Notes under the pieces: generated by a model | What the model saw: only the letters and a program-made list of their open reading frames with translations | The model's database searches: none | Told to the model about the DNA's origin: nothing | Position numbers and translations under genes: made by a program | Assembly: GCA_028534125.1 (NCBI GenBank) | Contig: CM052816.1 | Coordinates: 70,558,001-70,622,000 of the forward strand | DNA: 64,000 bases | Source: Lama glama | Lineage: Eukaryota | Reading direction: 5' to 3' | Shown here: positions 51,960-64,000 of the stretch, in pieces | Position numbering within the stretch: the first letter of the stretch is position 1 | Layout of the letters: each line of letters starts with the position of its first letter

Positions 51960-52800
51960 AGCTCTCTTCCAGTTTCCAGTAATGGAGGAGCAGCTCCTAT
52001 CAGAAGAACTCTTTCGCAAATAACAACTATAAACTCTGGGAAAGGGGGAAAAAGTATGTATGAAACAGCCATCTGAAGGTACCAGAAAGCAACAAAAAGC
52101 AGGCTGAAACTGGAGAGCAGTCTGTACTCGTAAGAAGAGATTAGCACTGGATGAGTTTCCTGTTTTTTGTGTTTGTTTGTCTGCCCCTAAGGGAAGGCCT
52201 GAGTCAGTGGCTAAACCCCAACTAGACGCACAGTTTTCCTGTCTGGAAGAAATAGAGAATGGGAAATGGGGCAGTGACAGCAATGCAGAGTGAAAGCGGG
52301 TATCTTGGAACACTGAGCTCCAAAGGGAGAGCTCAAATATGTACATATATGTTCTTCCCAAATATTTGAATGACCTGAACTGTGCATATGCAGGGCAAAC
52401 TTCAAACAGCCCAGCTAAACATCAGAAGAAATGAATAAATATTTTAACTGCTTTCCACGGCAGTTTGGAAATTGACTTCAGCCAAGTAAATTGCCTGCAA
52501 AAACAAAAAGTTAAGACTTTTTGAAGGCACGTTAACAGATTGAGAATCTCCACACTTCTAACTCAAGGGTTTAATCTAGGATACAATCCAAAATTACTAA
52601 ACATAAGAAGAAACAGGAAAATGTAACCCAACCTAAGAGAAAGGGAATAAGTGGAAAGTGACGTTGAGATATTCCAGATGTTGGAATTATCAGGCAAAGA
52701 TATTAAAGCAGCTATTATAACTATGCTCATGAATGTAAAGGAAAAATGTTCATGACAAACAAATAGGAAATTGAAACTGAAAAATACAATATCTTAAATA
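51960..52800 (+). mobile_element. Old L1 5'-region/ORF1-proximal fragment (L1M-type)
   Basis: 'aaataacaactataaactctgg', 'atacaatccaaaattactaaacataagaagaaacaggaaaatgtaaccc', 'ccagatgttggaattatcaggcaaagatattaaagcagctattataactatgctca'. Confidence 0.7.
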
Positions 52801-53365
52801 AACCTGCAGAGGATGAGTCATTTCCATGGTTCTTAATATTTTAGAGAACACTGACAGGGTTCTAATTTCCAGAGAGTTCTAGTAGGAATTTTCTAGTCAT
52901 GTTCTAACTACAGTGATATTTCCATCAAATATATATATACTTCAGTATAAATTTATCTTGTGGTAGTCTCCTTTTAAAAACTAAGTTTCTCTATTACAAT
53001 TCCTCTTGTACTATTCTCTCTAAAAAAAATACATTAAGGTAAATTTTGTGGAGGAAATGTGATGGTTTATTTGGAAAAGTTCTTTTATGTTACCACAGGC
53101 TTATAAAGGATTCTGAATAATCGAGGCAGTTACAAGTCATAAAACTAGGAAGACCTTCTAAGTCTACAGATATCCTATGATGAATTTCTAAAGCAGATGA
53201 AGGACAGAAGGAACCAAAACATCACTTTATGTAAACTTGAATGGTAAGAACTGAAGAGCGTTTATAGACCACTTCCAATATGTTCTTGAGATGGCTGAAA
53301 TTTACTTTCAGTGAGAATATCGGGCATAATTTAGGATCAGACTTTGACATTTTGACTTTACACAC

Positions 53366-53478
53366 CTGGTAGATCCAACTTCATGCAAGGTAATGATTCA
53401 CCTCTCCCAACTGGACACTTATAGACATCTCCAGTCCTCTTCTTGGGTTGGCCAACTAAAGGAGAACCAATAAGCACC
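53366..53478 (-). CDS. ITGA1: ITGA1 exon 3 (113 bp), beta-propeller
   Basis: ttccag|G GTG CTT...CTA CCA G|gtgtgt; encodes (W)VLIGSPLVGQPKKRTGDVYKCPVGRGESLPCMKLDLP. Confidence 0.96.
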
Positions 53479-54049
53479 CTGGAAGTTAAATAACTCAATT
53501 AACATTTCTGAATAATGAGAGAAATTTTATTTTAGTTACTTATGACCAGTTCTAAGACTGCTGACAGTAGTTCCCAGAGACGTAATTAGATAGTCATCCT
53601 CAGTTAGTAATTTAATGTTATCTAAAATAAGCAAAGTGTCTTATCCAAATTGCAGATTGATTTAAATTAAAAAAAATGTGTAGGAGAGAGATCTGATGGC
53701 TTTTTATTTTATTCTATTATGTGTTACTTTAATATATTTTTTAAATTTGGAGACTGAAATCATATTTATTGGTTAAACCTGCTGCTGTGTTAGTTACAAC
53801 ACACATGGAAGTGTAAATGACTTTTTCCCATGAGGAACTAATAATTTCACACAGAAGTTAGGAAATATAAACATTAAATCATAAGATTTAATATTAGTAT
53901 ATGTTAGTTTGTAAGCGCTTAGAAAATAAGGAGAGTTACAAGACTCAGGTTAAAATCACTTATTGTCTTTCTGGGCAGAATTATAAAATCCCTCTAATAA
54001 TAATTAATGAAAAAAATATATAGTCACAATTTATTTCAGTCCTAGCAAG

Positions 54050-54910
54050 CCATTTAACAAGGTTTCCTATGATATCTTCAGGAACACTTCAGGCTGAGTG
54101 TTAAGTTACTTGGGGGATCCACAGCTGCTGATTCACTGCTGTCTAAATACCTATATCCAAAGGCACCGATTGCTAGCCACCAAAGGATTCTAACTATGTA
54201 CCATAAGACTCACTTGGGATTGGCTTAGCATCTATCTTTATTAATGACTTGAAAGAGCTATAGAAAGCTTAAAGGTACTTACCCATCAAGTAAATCAGTA
54301 TACCTATTTGGGCATTCAGAAGTGTCTTTACATTCTGGAACAAGAAACCTAAACTAAAGTTTAATAATAACCTATGCAAATAACTTCACTTAACTGCATA
54401 CAATTATCTACATCATTACAGAATGTGGGAAACCTGACTTAATAGGAGTTCATGTGAAAAAGTCATGGAGGATTTAGTTGACAGCAAGCAAATGTGAGCC
54501 AAGAGTGAATTTTAGTGCCAAAATGCTAATGTGACCTTTGGCTGCATTGCTAGAAATAGATGCCCTGGTCAAGGAAAGTGATAGCCCCTCTGTGTTCTGA
54601 GCTGTCAGGCCATGTCTGGAATCTCCAAATTAAGAGGGACATGGGCACAATGGAATGTGGAGGAGGCTATGACTCAGATAGTTAAGAGCCTGCTAATTTT
54701 TTCACACCAGAGATGTTCGAGGGAAAGTTGGGGATGTCTAGCATGGAGAAAAAAATAAATCTAAAGGAGAGTTGAAAGGTTGTAAAGGAGTGCAGGTGAA
54801 TCAGGCATGCCTTTCTAAAACTTTTAAAATTTGAAAGTTTGTCATATTGAAATGGGATGGAATTTATTTTGTGTAAGTCATTTGGGCAAAGCTAGTATTA
54901 ATGGACATGT
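54050..54910 (+). mobile_element. L3/CR1 LINE relic (RT C-terminal region)
   Basis: 'gttcatgtgaaaaag...ttagttgacagcaagc..atgtgagccaagagtg...gctaatgtgacctttggctgcatt...gaaagtgatagcccctctgtgttctg'. Confidence 0.8.
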
Positions 54911-55369
54911 TTTATAACAGTTGCAAATATCAACTTGAACAGACTCCCTAAAACATAAGTGTGATATAATGCCTTTGCAAAGCCATTTCTGATATCCATA
55001 AATAACTATAAAAATGTTCAAACCCTTCAATGCATAATTTTTAATTCTGGGAATCTATCCTAAAAATGACCTAAACTAAAGGAAACAAGCTTAATGCATA
55101 AAGATAATGCTTATAGTGGTATATATAATAATGAAAGATTAAAATAAATGTGATCAACAGTAAAACTAATTAATTATTGTAGGGTAATTTTATAGAATAT
55201 TGCACAGCCATAAAAAACAATAGTTAATAAGATTGCATGATAGGATTAAAAATTATGACCTAATTTAAGGTAAAAAACCTACCTAATTTATTGAAAACCT
55301 ATTACAATTTGAAGTGAAAGATGCCAAATTATATTCAATGTACTTATTATAATAGCAATGATAATAATA

Positions 55370-55665
55370 GACAGGATTTATTGAATTTATACCATATACA
55401 GGAGACAGTTCTAAGTGCTTTCCAGGTACTAAGTAATTTAATCCTCTCCATAAAATACAGCATGAACTTTGTGCCAGATTTGGTGAGTTCAAATCATGGT
55501 TTTACTTTACTTAGCTATACGGTTTAGTAGTAGCCAATTATCTTAAGTGCCTTAGTTCCTTCCTCCGTAAAACAGAAATAATAAGAATAATTACCTGACA
55601 TGATCATCATGAACATTAAATGAGTTAAAACAGTATTTGGCTCATAGCATGTGCTAAGTGTTGGT
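55370..55665. mobile_element. Two MIR fragments in opposite orientations
   Basis: Reverse 'atttattgaatttataccatatacaggagacagttctaagtgcttt' then forward 'gagttcaaatcatggttttactttacttagct...gccttagttccttcctccgtaaaacagaaataata'. Confidence 0.7.
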
Positions 55666-55979
55666 TCTTTTTATTATTTTTTTTTCAGATGATGGAACAA
55701 CTGTATCTACGTAAAACATAGATTTAAAGAGAGTACACCAAAAAAAATTGTATTAATGAAGTTATGGTTAGGCTTTAGGGTTTTTTTCCCCCAATATTTT
55801 CAAAACCTTTTGTAATGTGATTGATTAAACTAGTTTTATAGTTAAAACAGTTTGGAGAAAAGTAACGAATGTGTTATGGAAAGCATTTAAGTTGAGGCTA
55901 GATAGATTGATTAATGTTTATTAAGGACATCCTACATTCTCAGCATTAATGCCAGGCCCTAGGAATATAAAATGGATAA

Positions 55980-56140
55980 CCAACTTTCTTCTGTCTAGCA
56001 TAGGGAACTATATTCAACATCTTGCAATAACCTTTAATGAAAAAGAGTATGAAAACAAATATATGTATATATATTCATGACATTATGCTGTATAACAGAA
56101 ATTGACACATTGTAACTGAGTATACTTCAGTAAAAAAAAA
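55980..56140 (+). mobile_element. Short 5'-truncated L1 3' end with a perfect 13-bp TSD, inserted in minus-strand L2
   Basis: ATAAAATGGATAA at 55967-55979 and 56141-56153; body homologous to 37464-37634; poly-A. Confidence 0.85.
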
Positions 56141-56634
56141 ATAAAATGGATAAAACAATTTTTTAGATTGCTTATAACTCAAGGAAGAAGGAAAAATACA
56201 AACGTATTACACAATACTGAATAAGTCTGAACTTGGTGCAACTTCAGCAAAGTCTTAGAAGCAAGAAGGGACACAGCCTGCTCTTTTGATACGTTCAAGT
56301 AGCTCAGTGTAGCTGGAGTAGAACTTGAACCTGGCGAGGTAAATAGGGTCCAGATTATACACGTTCTTATTGTCCACTTAAGAAACATGGATCTATTATA
56401 TGGAGGGGAGAGATGGGAACTATTTGAAGCTTTTAAAGAGATATGTGACATGATCAACTCTGACTTATAAAACTTTTTTACTCATAGTGTCATGAATAAA
56501 TTGGGAAAAGGGGAAAATTAGACTCAGAGAGTGAAGGGAGGCATTCCTAAAGTAATCCAGATAAGAAAGGAGCATCTGAATTAAGGAAGTAGAAAAGAAG
56601 GGATAACCAATTCCAGAAATGTTTAAATATAAGC

Positions 56635-56900
56635 TGTCTTTGCTTGGATGCCCCCCAAAGCAGACTGCTCCATATAGATTTTGGGGAGGCAGTTCCAAGT
56701 ATGCACAAATGTGGAGGCAGGGGAAATGACAGAAGGAAGAAACGCCAATAAAGAGTGCATTGATAAGGGTTACTTCTGCAGGCTTCTGGGCCCAGTCTTG
56801 CTGGGGAACATCTCAAAAACTGCATGGAACACACATGAGCATGCTGTGAGCATGGCTGAAGCCCAAGAGTGAATACCACCAACTCAAGAGCATGCAGAGA
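56635..56900 (-). mobile_element. ERVL LTR fragment, LTR33/LTR16-like
   Basis: 'tgtctttgcttggatgccccccaaagcagac...ggaagaaacgccaataaagagtgcattg...gctggggaac'. Confidence 0.6.
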
Positions 56901-57521
56901 AGAAGACAGCCAACGGCTGACACCCAGGGGAAAAGAGCACAAGATTTTGATGAGTGAAGGAAGGAAATTGGTGGGAGTGATGAGAGAGGGAAAGGGAGAA
57001 TCAGAAAACAGTGATGTCACAGGAGCCAGAGAAGGAAACGGTATCAAGAATGAGAGCCGTGGGAATTGAACAGACTTCATTTTAAGTAACTTGGCTGAAA
57101 ACGGAGAAGATTTGGCTTTTCCCAGCAAACCATTAAGGGCTTGAGGCAGATTTAAATTGCTTATGGGGGAAACCTGGATAGTGTAAAATAATGGTTAAGA
57201 AGAACCAGTAACAGGGGAAAGGCTGATGTCCCAGAAGAGTAAGTAGAATTCCCTGAGTGGGTAGAAGGACAATTGTGTCTCTGAAATGAGGAAAGCCCAC
57301 TGGTTCCCCAGGCAGGGCTCTGGATGGTCCAGTATCCAGAGGCTTGTAAGTGTGGTTGCTGGTCTGGAATTTTGTGCACCAGTGTGATGTGACATTGTCC
57401 CTCATTGTCCTTTATTGAGTTAGAATCTATTTTTCCTCCTGTTGAAAATGAGATTTGCTTCATAAATAGAATGCAGCAGATATAATATGGTGACTTCTGA
57501 GGTGAGGCCTTGCAGGTCCCA

Positions 57522-57601
57522 TTTCTTCTTCCTTCCTTCCTTCCTTCTTTCCTTCCTTTCTTCCTTCCTCCCTCTCTCCCTCCTTTTCTTCCTTCCTTCT
57601 T
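57522..57601. repeat. (CTTC)n low-complexity tract
   Basis: Read directly. Confidence 0.85.
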
Positions 57602-58579
57602 TAGAAAACAGTGGCTCTAGTCATCTAGTGAGATTTAGGGGAAGAGGTAGCAGTGCGGCAGGCTTGTGGAGAGTAATGACTATTTAAACTAACAAGGCAT
57701 ACACAGGCTGAACACACAACCCCTCAGGCTAAGATGAAGTACGTTACAGCTGGCCAGGGACGTTTTGGAGGATGTTTCTACTGTAGATGTAAGACAGGCC
57801 TCCAAAGACCCTTCCAATTCTAAGATTCCATCATCTGAATACAACAAACTGTAAGTGAGTAGAAGAGTACTAATTAGCTGGGGGATATAAATCATTAACT
57901 GGGGAAAATCTGTCACAGTCTATAACAAGTGAGTCCTGAACAGCACGTTAATAGTAAAGTTATTGTGAGTTATAAGGCAGAAGGGAAGAGAGATTATGGC
58001 TAGCCCAGACAAAAATGTGGAAACAGGAGCACGAGGGCTGAAAGTAGAGGTGACAAGGAAGTATGGGTGACTGGAACACAGCGTAAAGCTTCTGGATAAC
58101 CTGGAGCAGGAAGGTTGAGATTGGCAAGTAGTGAACTTTGGAGGAAAGGGTCTAGGGTTTATATTTGAACTCCAGGGCAACACAAAACCCTGAGAGTATG
58201 GTAATCATTGGAAATAACCTGATACAGAACTAGAACCATGGCATATTGTGTAATCTGGATAAGTAAAGACTGATGAGAACACAGAAGATGGTAGACTGTA
58301 GCAGGCCAGGACTGAGACAAGGAGTTTGAGATTAGGGATCAATGGTGAAGAATGGGTTAGCAGGCCACAGGACATAAAACAATTTTGTGTATTTTCCTAG
58401 GAGCTATTTGTTCTGACATCAAACACGCAGCTCTGGAAAGAACATATATCTCACCACTTAATCCTCAGAAAGTCTCATTTTCCCAAGCTGCATAAAAAAT
58501 GACATGATCCTAGAGAAGTATCAGATAGAGTTTATGGAGTTTCAGGAATCTTCAGCATTCTCAAGCCACATTAACCTCC

Positions 58580-58792
58580 TCTATTTTTTTCTCATATCAC
58601 TTATCACTGTCACAATCTGACATATGCTATAACCTACCTGTTTATTAAGTTTATTTTCTGTTCGTCCCTCCCCAATAGAATTTAAGCTCCACAATAGGAA
58701 TTTTCAGCTATTTGTTCACTCACATATTCTTAGTGCCTATAACAGTGCCAGGTACAAAACAGGCATTCAATAAACATATACTGAATAAATAA
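58580..58792 (+). mobile_element. L2 3' end
   Basis: 'atagaatttaagctccac...ttgttcact...tagtgcctataacagtgccaggtacaaaacaggcattcaataaacatatactgaataaat'. Confidence 0.8.
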
Positions 58793-59019
58793 TAACTGCA
58801 TCAAATGCTCTCAGAATCTGAATAAGGAAGACCTGGGAATTTCAGACTCAGATGACCAGCTAAGAGGTCCTAATTGTGAAGTCTTTTTTTTTTTTCATTT
58901 TAGAGGATGGATATTTTGCTTAAGCAGAATGATATATTTGCCTTTGGGTGACAAAGGAGGCATTTCCATAGGTCAAGATTCCAGAGAATCCCTGTTGTTG
59001 AGAACTGGCTGAAGGCAAA

Positions 59020-59190
59020 AGGCTGGGGTTCCACATCCTGGCCCTGTCACGTACTTGCTGTATTAAACCTTTGGCAATTCATCCTCTGAGTCCCAGTTTC
59101 CTGTCCAGAAAATGAGGATGACGACAGTCATAGTCACCCAACACACAGGGTCAACATGAAGACCCAAAGCACATTGTTTCATAAACTATG
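59020..59190 (+). mobile_element. MIR SINE
   Basis: 'gggttccacatcctggccctgtcacgtacttgctgt...cctctgagtcccagtttcctgtccagaaaatgaggatga'. Confidence 0.75.
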
Positions 59191-61275
59191 GATGTTGTTA
59201 CTTTAAATTTTAACATAACTTATTAAATTTTATTTATATTAAAATTTTGCTTTTTATATGACATTATTAAAATGACTTGTCTGCAGATTAAGAGGATTAA
59301 AGAAAGTTCCAGATCTTATTACTGATTGCTAGAGAATTACCTGATGAACTCAAAGGTCCTCAAAGTGAGAGAAATATCTCTTCTCCACGAAAAAGCTCCA
59401 ATTACAATAAAATTTTTAAAACTGAGAAGTTTGGTATTCATAACAGTCATTTTTGTCAATATGATCATTATTATATTTATTTGAAGGGTAGCTGGCCTCT
59501 GACTTCTCTGTTTCATATTTATATTTTTTTCCTCTGTAAAAGATAGTTCTTGGAGACTGTTGTCTCATATTTACATTATTTCATGAACAGGCTTTTCACT
59601 TAACGCTTTCTTGATGTCCAAGCCAAAATCTCTACCAAGTACCTCCTGCCAGCCATTAAAAACATAATAAACAGAGTAAGTGTGTGGCCATCCTATCGAA
59701 TGAAGTTATACAGTGGCCCCATTAGCTGTTGTGCTTTCGGTCATGAAACGTACTGGGGTAGGAATGAGGTGAGCCAAAGAAATGACAAGTTTGACAAAGA
59801 GGAAAGTTCAACCTCAAAAGATATAATAAACAATTTAAAATAAATATTATTTAAAATCTATAAAAGAAAATTTGACAGAACCTTTAAAAAGTCTTTTTAC
59901 CCCAAGCTTGAATAGACTTTATTTAAAACATACATGCATTGGAAACAGGGCATCAATCACCTAGCCCACTAGTAAACCTCACCTGACACAAAGCAGGGTC
60001 CTAAACGAAAACTCATGAAGCCAATACATTGTGATATATATTGGACTGAGAACTGGCTACGGAGGTATCTGCATCATAAAAAAGATCTACTTTGAAGAGA
60101 CAGGCCCACTGAAGTCACTGAAGCCCCCAAGAATGGATGCTTAAATAGAAATCAAAAGGGTGGAAGCACATGCTGGAAGGAAGAAAGCAACGGGACAACA
60201 GAGAGTGGAAAGTCCCAAGCCAACATCTCATTTTTTCCCACTTGGTCAAGACCCTGCCACACTGGTGATTACCATTAAATCTGGGAGGCTTGTGCAATGT
60301 TAAGCACATTTGAATTTCCTTTCTTCAAAGCAAAATTATTAAGCCAATTGTGTTCTTTATGACTTTTTCTGAACCATATTGCAAGTTCTTGGATGCTTCA
60401 GCATATGCTAACCATAATGAATAACGGCTGGTCTTAATAAGAAGTGTAATGTGTTCTGCTACTGAGAAAACATGTGGTTTCTGAGCCAAAGATATAAAGT
60501 AAGTTACACTCTGTTGGACACTTCTGAAAGGTAAAGGAGACATAGGCTGCCTTCTTTGTTAACTTTTATTCTTTCCAAAGATTTAAAGTAATGCTTTTCA
60601 AGTACACAGACTGCACTTGTTAGGGACCAAGTACTCCTTCTTTAGGCATACTTCAGTCAAGATGGAAGATGGGTCAGGATGATTTTTTAAAAAATCTGAG
60701 TTTGTTGAGCTTCCAAATGTGAGCAGTACATATGATTTATGCAGGTGCCCACCTATCAAAATCCATATTCTCCCAAATATGTAAGTTATTTCAAGGTCCA
60801 TTTCTTAAAGTAAGTCTGCATCTTATATGATTTTATAAACATAGAATATCCAAACATATTACTAAAGCTTATTTGGCATTACCAGTGTCTGGGTCCCTTT
60901 AGAACTATATGTTGCTACCACGCCATCCTTAAAGATTTGGACATTGAGATTTTGTAGTTGGCTTACTTTTAAATTCAATTGACCACATTCGTTTTGTTTC
61001 CCTGATTTTTCACACCTTTTCCATAAGATCATTATAAATATGGAAAGTCAAAAGGGAATCAAAGTATCTGACATCCATGTATACATTTGAAGGCTCACAA
61101 ACTCTCACACATATATTAAAAGGTAAAGTCTAATACCGCAGAGATAGTTGTAATCAAGATTTACTTTTCAACATAGTTCTAATAAGGATAACAGCTCTAG
61201 ACTGGGATTGGAGAGACTAGAGCTCTATTTTCTGCTCTGGCCCCAAATAGTTGCATTTCCCTAGGGGAAGTCACT

Positions 61276-62095
61276 TTAAAAACACTTTATTAAATGAGTG
61301 ACATATACAAAGCAGTGCTTCTTTAATGTATACAACTTGATAAGTTTAGAGATAATAACACCAGTAAAACCATCACCACAATTTATGCCATAAACGTACC
61401 CATCACCTCCAGAAGTTTCCTCCTGCCCTCTTTGGTGGTTGTTGCTGTTATTATTACTGTTATTTTGTGATAAGAACACTTACCACAAGATCTCCCTTCT
61501 TAGCAAATGTTTAAGTATGCAATATAGTATGTTAACTGTAGGCACTATGCTGTACAGTAAATCTCTAGGACTTACTCATCTTGCTTAAGTAAAACTTTGA
61601 ATCTTTTGACTATTGCCCCCTTGTTTTTCCTGCCTCTGAGCCCCTGGTACCCACCACCGTATGCTCTGCTTCTGCGAGTTGGACTATTTTAGGTGCCTCA
61701 TGTAAGTGGGATCCCGTAGTATTTGTCTTGCATCTGGCTTATCTCACTTAGCAAATGTCCTGCAGGTTCATCCACGATGTCTCAAATGGAAAGATTTTCT
61801 CTTTTTTAAGGCAGAATAATGTTCTATTGTATGTATATGACACATTTAAAAAATCTATTCATCTGTCAATGGGCATTTAGATTGCTTTCAAGTCTTGCTA
61901 TTGTGAATAATGCCATGTGGGAGTGCAGAATCTCTTCAAGATCTTGATTTCAGTTCCTTTGGATATTTACCCGGAAGTAGTTCAATTTTTAATTTTTTGA
62001 GGAACCTCTACACTATTTCCATAGTGGCTACACCAATTTACCTCACCAGTAACAGTGTACACATGTGCCCTTTTCTCCACATCCTTACCAAAATT
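61276..62095 (-). mobile_element. L1MA9/L1MA10-type 3' end
   Basis: Reverse 'aatgtatacaacttgataagttt...gtaggcactatgctgtacagtaaatctctaggacttactcatcttgc...ttttttgaggaacctctacactatttccatagtggct'. Confidence 0.85.
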
Positions 62096-62339
62096 TTTTT
62101 TATAATAGTCATGGGGGAGTCACTTTTAACTTTTATGTTTTATGTGTCTGTTTTTTTCATCAATGAGAACAGGAAGTTAAACTAGATTCAGTTGCTCAGC
62201 CAACAAATAACCATGAGAGCACATTATGTTGAAGGCCCTGTGCCAGATGCTGGACACTGCACAGGGCTGCAAGTGGGAACCAAAACCAGTTCTAGCTTCT
62301 AAACATTTTCCCTAATACACTAACTTCTCCCTCTTAATG

Positions 62340-63175
62340 TGTTTTCCACTTTGGAGTTTCCAGCTACCTAGATATTATCTTGAACTCAAGCTGTTTAAAA
62401 CCACACTCATCAACTTCTCGATAAAACTGGTTTTCCTTTCCTGTACATCTATCTCTAAATGACTACCCACTTCCCAATAATTCAGTGTAGAAACTTTGGA
62501 ATATGTTTGAATCATCCTAATACCTTCATTTGCCATTCCTAAATTTCCACAAAGACTTAATTATTCATCTAAATTTATCTCGGACACACTGTTTTTTCAT
62601 TGCAGTTCACCCTAATCTAGCCAAGGGCCTCATCCCTTAAGCCCCAGAGTGCTGCTCTTGCTTGCTTGCAGATTTCCTAGATTTCAGGCACTCCTTTCTC
62701 CAATCCAATCTATATGTAGTTCCCTAACTACACAGGTTATTTCATAAAAAGACCTATAATGGCTTCTCAACACCCTCTACTTAAGTACAAGCTCCTTTGT
62801 CTGGCTTTTAAGGTCTGCCGTTATCTTTTCCCCTCTGTCATCCCAATGTCAGGCCTGTTTGCTTAGCAACATGCTCACTTCTTCTCAAATATATGCCCTT
62901 GTTTACGTAGCTTCCCTGCTTGGAGTGACATTTCTTCTTCTGTTATCGAAAGTGAGTCATCTTTCAAGACTCAGGTCAAGAATCAAGCATCACTTCCTCC
63001 TTCTTTGAACTCCCATTGACTAGTCCATACCACACTGATTAACACTATTCTTTATTACTAATTATTTCATATACTTCCTCTACTAGATTATAAACTTACA
63101 TATTTGTCTTATAGTTAAATTTCTCATAGAATTTAGTATAATGCCAGACACAAAGGATGTATTACTTGTTGCTTG
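62340..63175 (+). mobile_element. L2 LINE fragment
   Basis: 'aactcaagctgtttaaaaccacactcatca...caagctcctttgtctggcttttaaggtct...tctttcaagactcaggtcaag'. Confidence 0.7.
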
Positions 63176-63895
63176 ATTGGTCCACATTTATGCTATGGCT
63201 GAAGGAAGAAAACTTCTAACCCATCAATGAACATTTGTACAGCAACAACTAGGCTGGATGTTACCGGTGATGCAAGACGTATGAGACACAGTCTCTAATC
63301 TCAAAAGGTTAACATCTTCTTATTAACATCTCATGCATGTATATAGAATTCTAAATGGTTTTCCTAAAGTTCAATTCAGTATAGACTCATTCAGACAGTC
63401 CATTAGGAGCACCTTTTTTTTTCAACCATATTCTTACTATCCACTCTATGCATTCTTTTGTTTCTTTCTAAGTGTTGGTCTGGCTGTCTCTCTCATCTAC
63501 ACGTTCCCTTCTTCAAAGACAGAGTGACTATGAGAAGGAAATTCATCACGATACCAAGGCCCCATTAAGGTCTGATTTCTCAGTTTCCCATTTCTTTGCC
63601 TACTGGTGCTGTGTAAGAGGGGAATTAAGAATTTAGAGGTTGGAAATCTCGTAATAGGCTGGACTCTTAGAATAAAGGATGGAAAGAAACAGAAGATATC
63701 AAGTGGATGCACTAAGGCTCTATGAGGAAATATGAACCTCTTCTTACTCTACTAAGATTCATTCTGATAATTAAGGACTTCTGCTATCAGCCTGTCCTAA
63801 TGTCAGAGAGACAGAACTGGATGAGGGAGGAAGCTTACAGGTCTTCCTCATGTTGGAAGATGAGAACCAGACTTTCACAACATATGTTAACAATA

Positions 63896-64000
63896 CATTT
63901 GTCCCTTGGTATCCATAGGAGATTGGTTCCATGACCCCACTGGATGCCAAACTGCAGATGCTCAAGTCCCTTATATGAAATGGTGTAGTACAGTCAGCCC
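63896..64000 (+). mobile_element. TcMar-Tigger element, MER2-like, cut off by the window end
   Basis: TA target then 'catttgtcccttggtatccataggagattggttccatgacccc...gatgctcaagtcccttatatgaaatggtgtagta'. Confidence 0.8.

Noticed and set aside
56547..57128. 193-aa ORF, the longest in the track
   Set aside because: Overlaps L2 and LTR relics, has low-complexity S/L/P/F composition and no recognisable domain.
53479..64000. ITGA1 exon 2, or the nested PELO gene
   Set aside because: No sequence encoding FNVDVKNSM...EEGKW and no PELO-like ORF was seen. PELO lies in intron 1, upstream of this window.

Overview
Mammalian genomic DNA, probably camelid (alpaca/camel group, based on a Vic-1-type tRNA-Ala SINE and the L1 3' ends). 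The whole window lies inside the integrin alpha-1 gene (ITGA1/CD49a) on the minus strand. Fifteen consecutive coding exons were mapped by reading splice sites and translating; they correspond to human exons 3-17 (numbering from my recall of the human gene). They total 2107 nt, join in one frame without stops, and encode beta-propeller blades, the complete collagen-binding alpha-I domain and the start of the thigh domain. I did not find exons 1-2 or exons 18 onward in the window. The introns hold ordinary L1, L2, L3/CR1, MIR, LTR and DNA-transposon relics, microsatellites and a 500-N assembly gap. I see no new biological system. The observations most worth checking are a 105-bp, ~95% identical inverted repeat just downstream of exon 6, an internally deleted L1 with a candidate 5' transduction, a GC donor at exon 17, and clustered substitutions in the I-domain alphaC helix. 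Repeat family names come from my recall of consensus sequences, not from a database search, and repeat boundaries are approximate.
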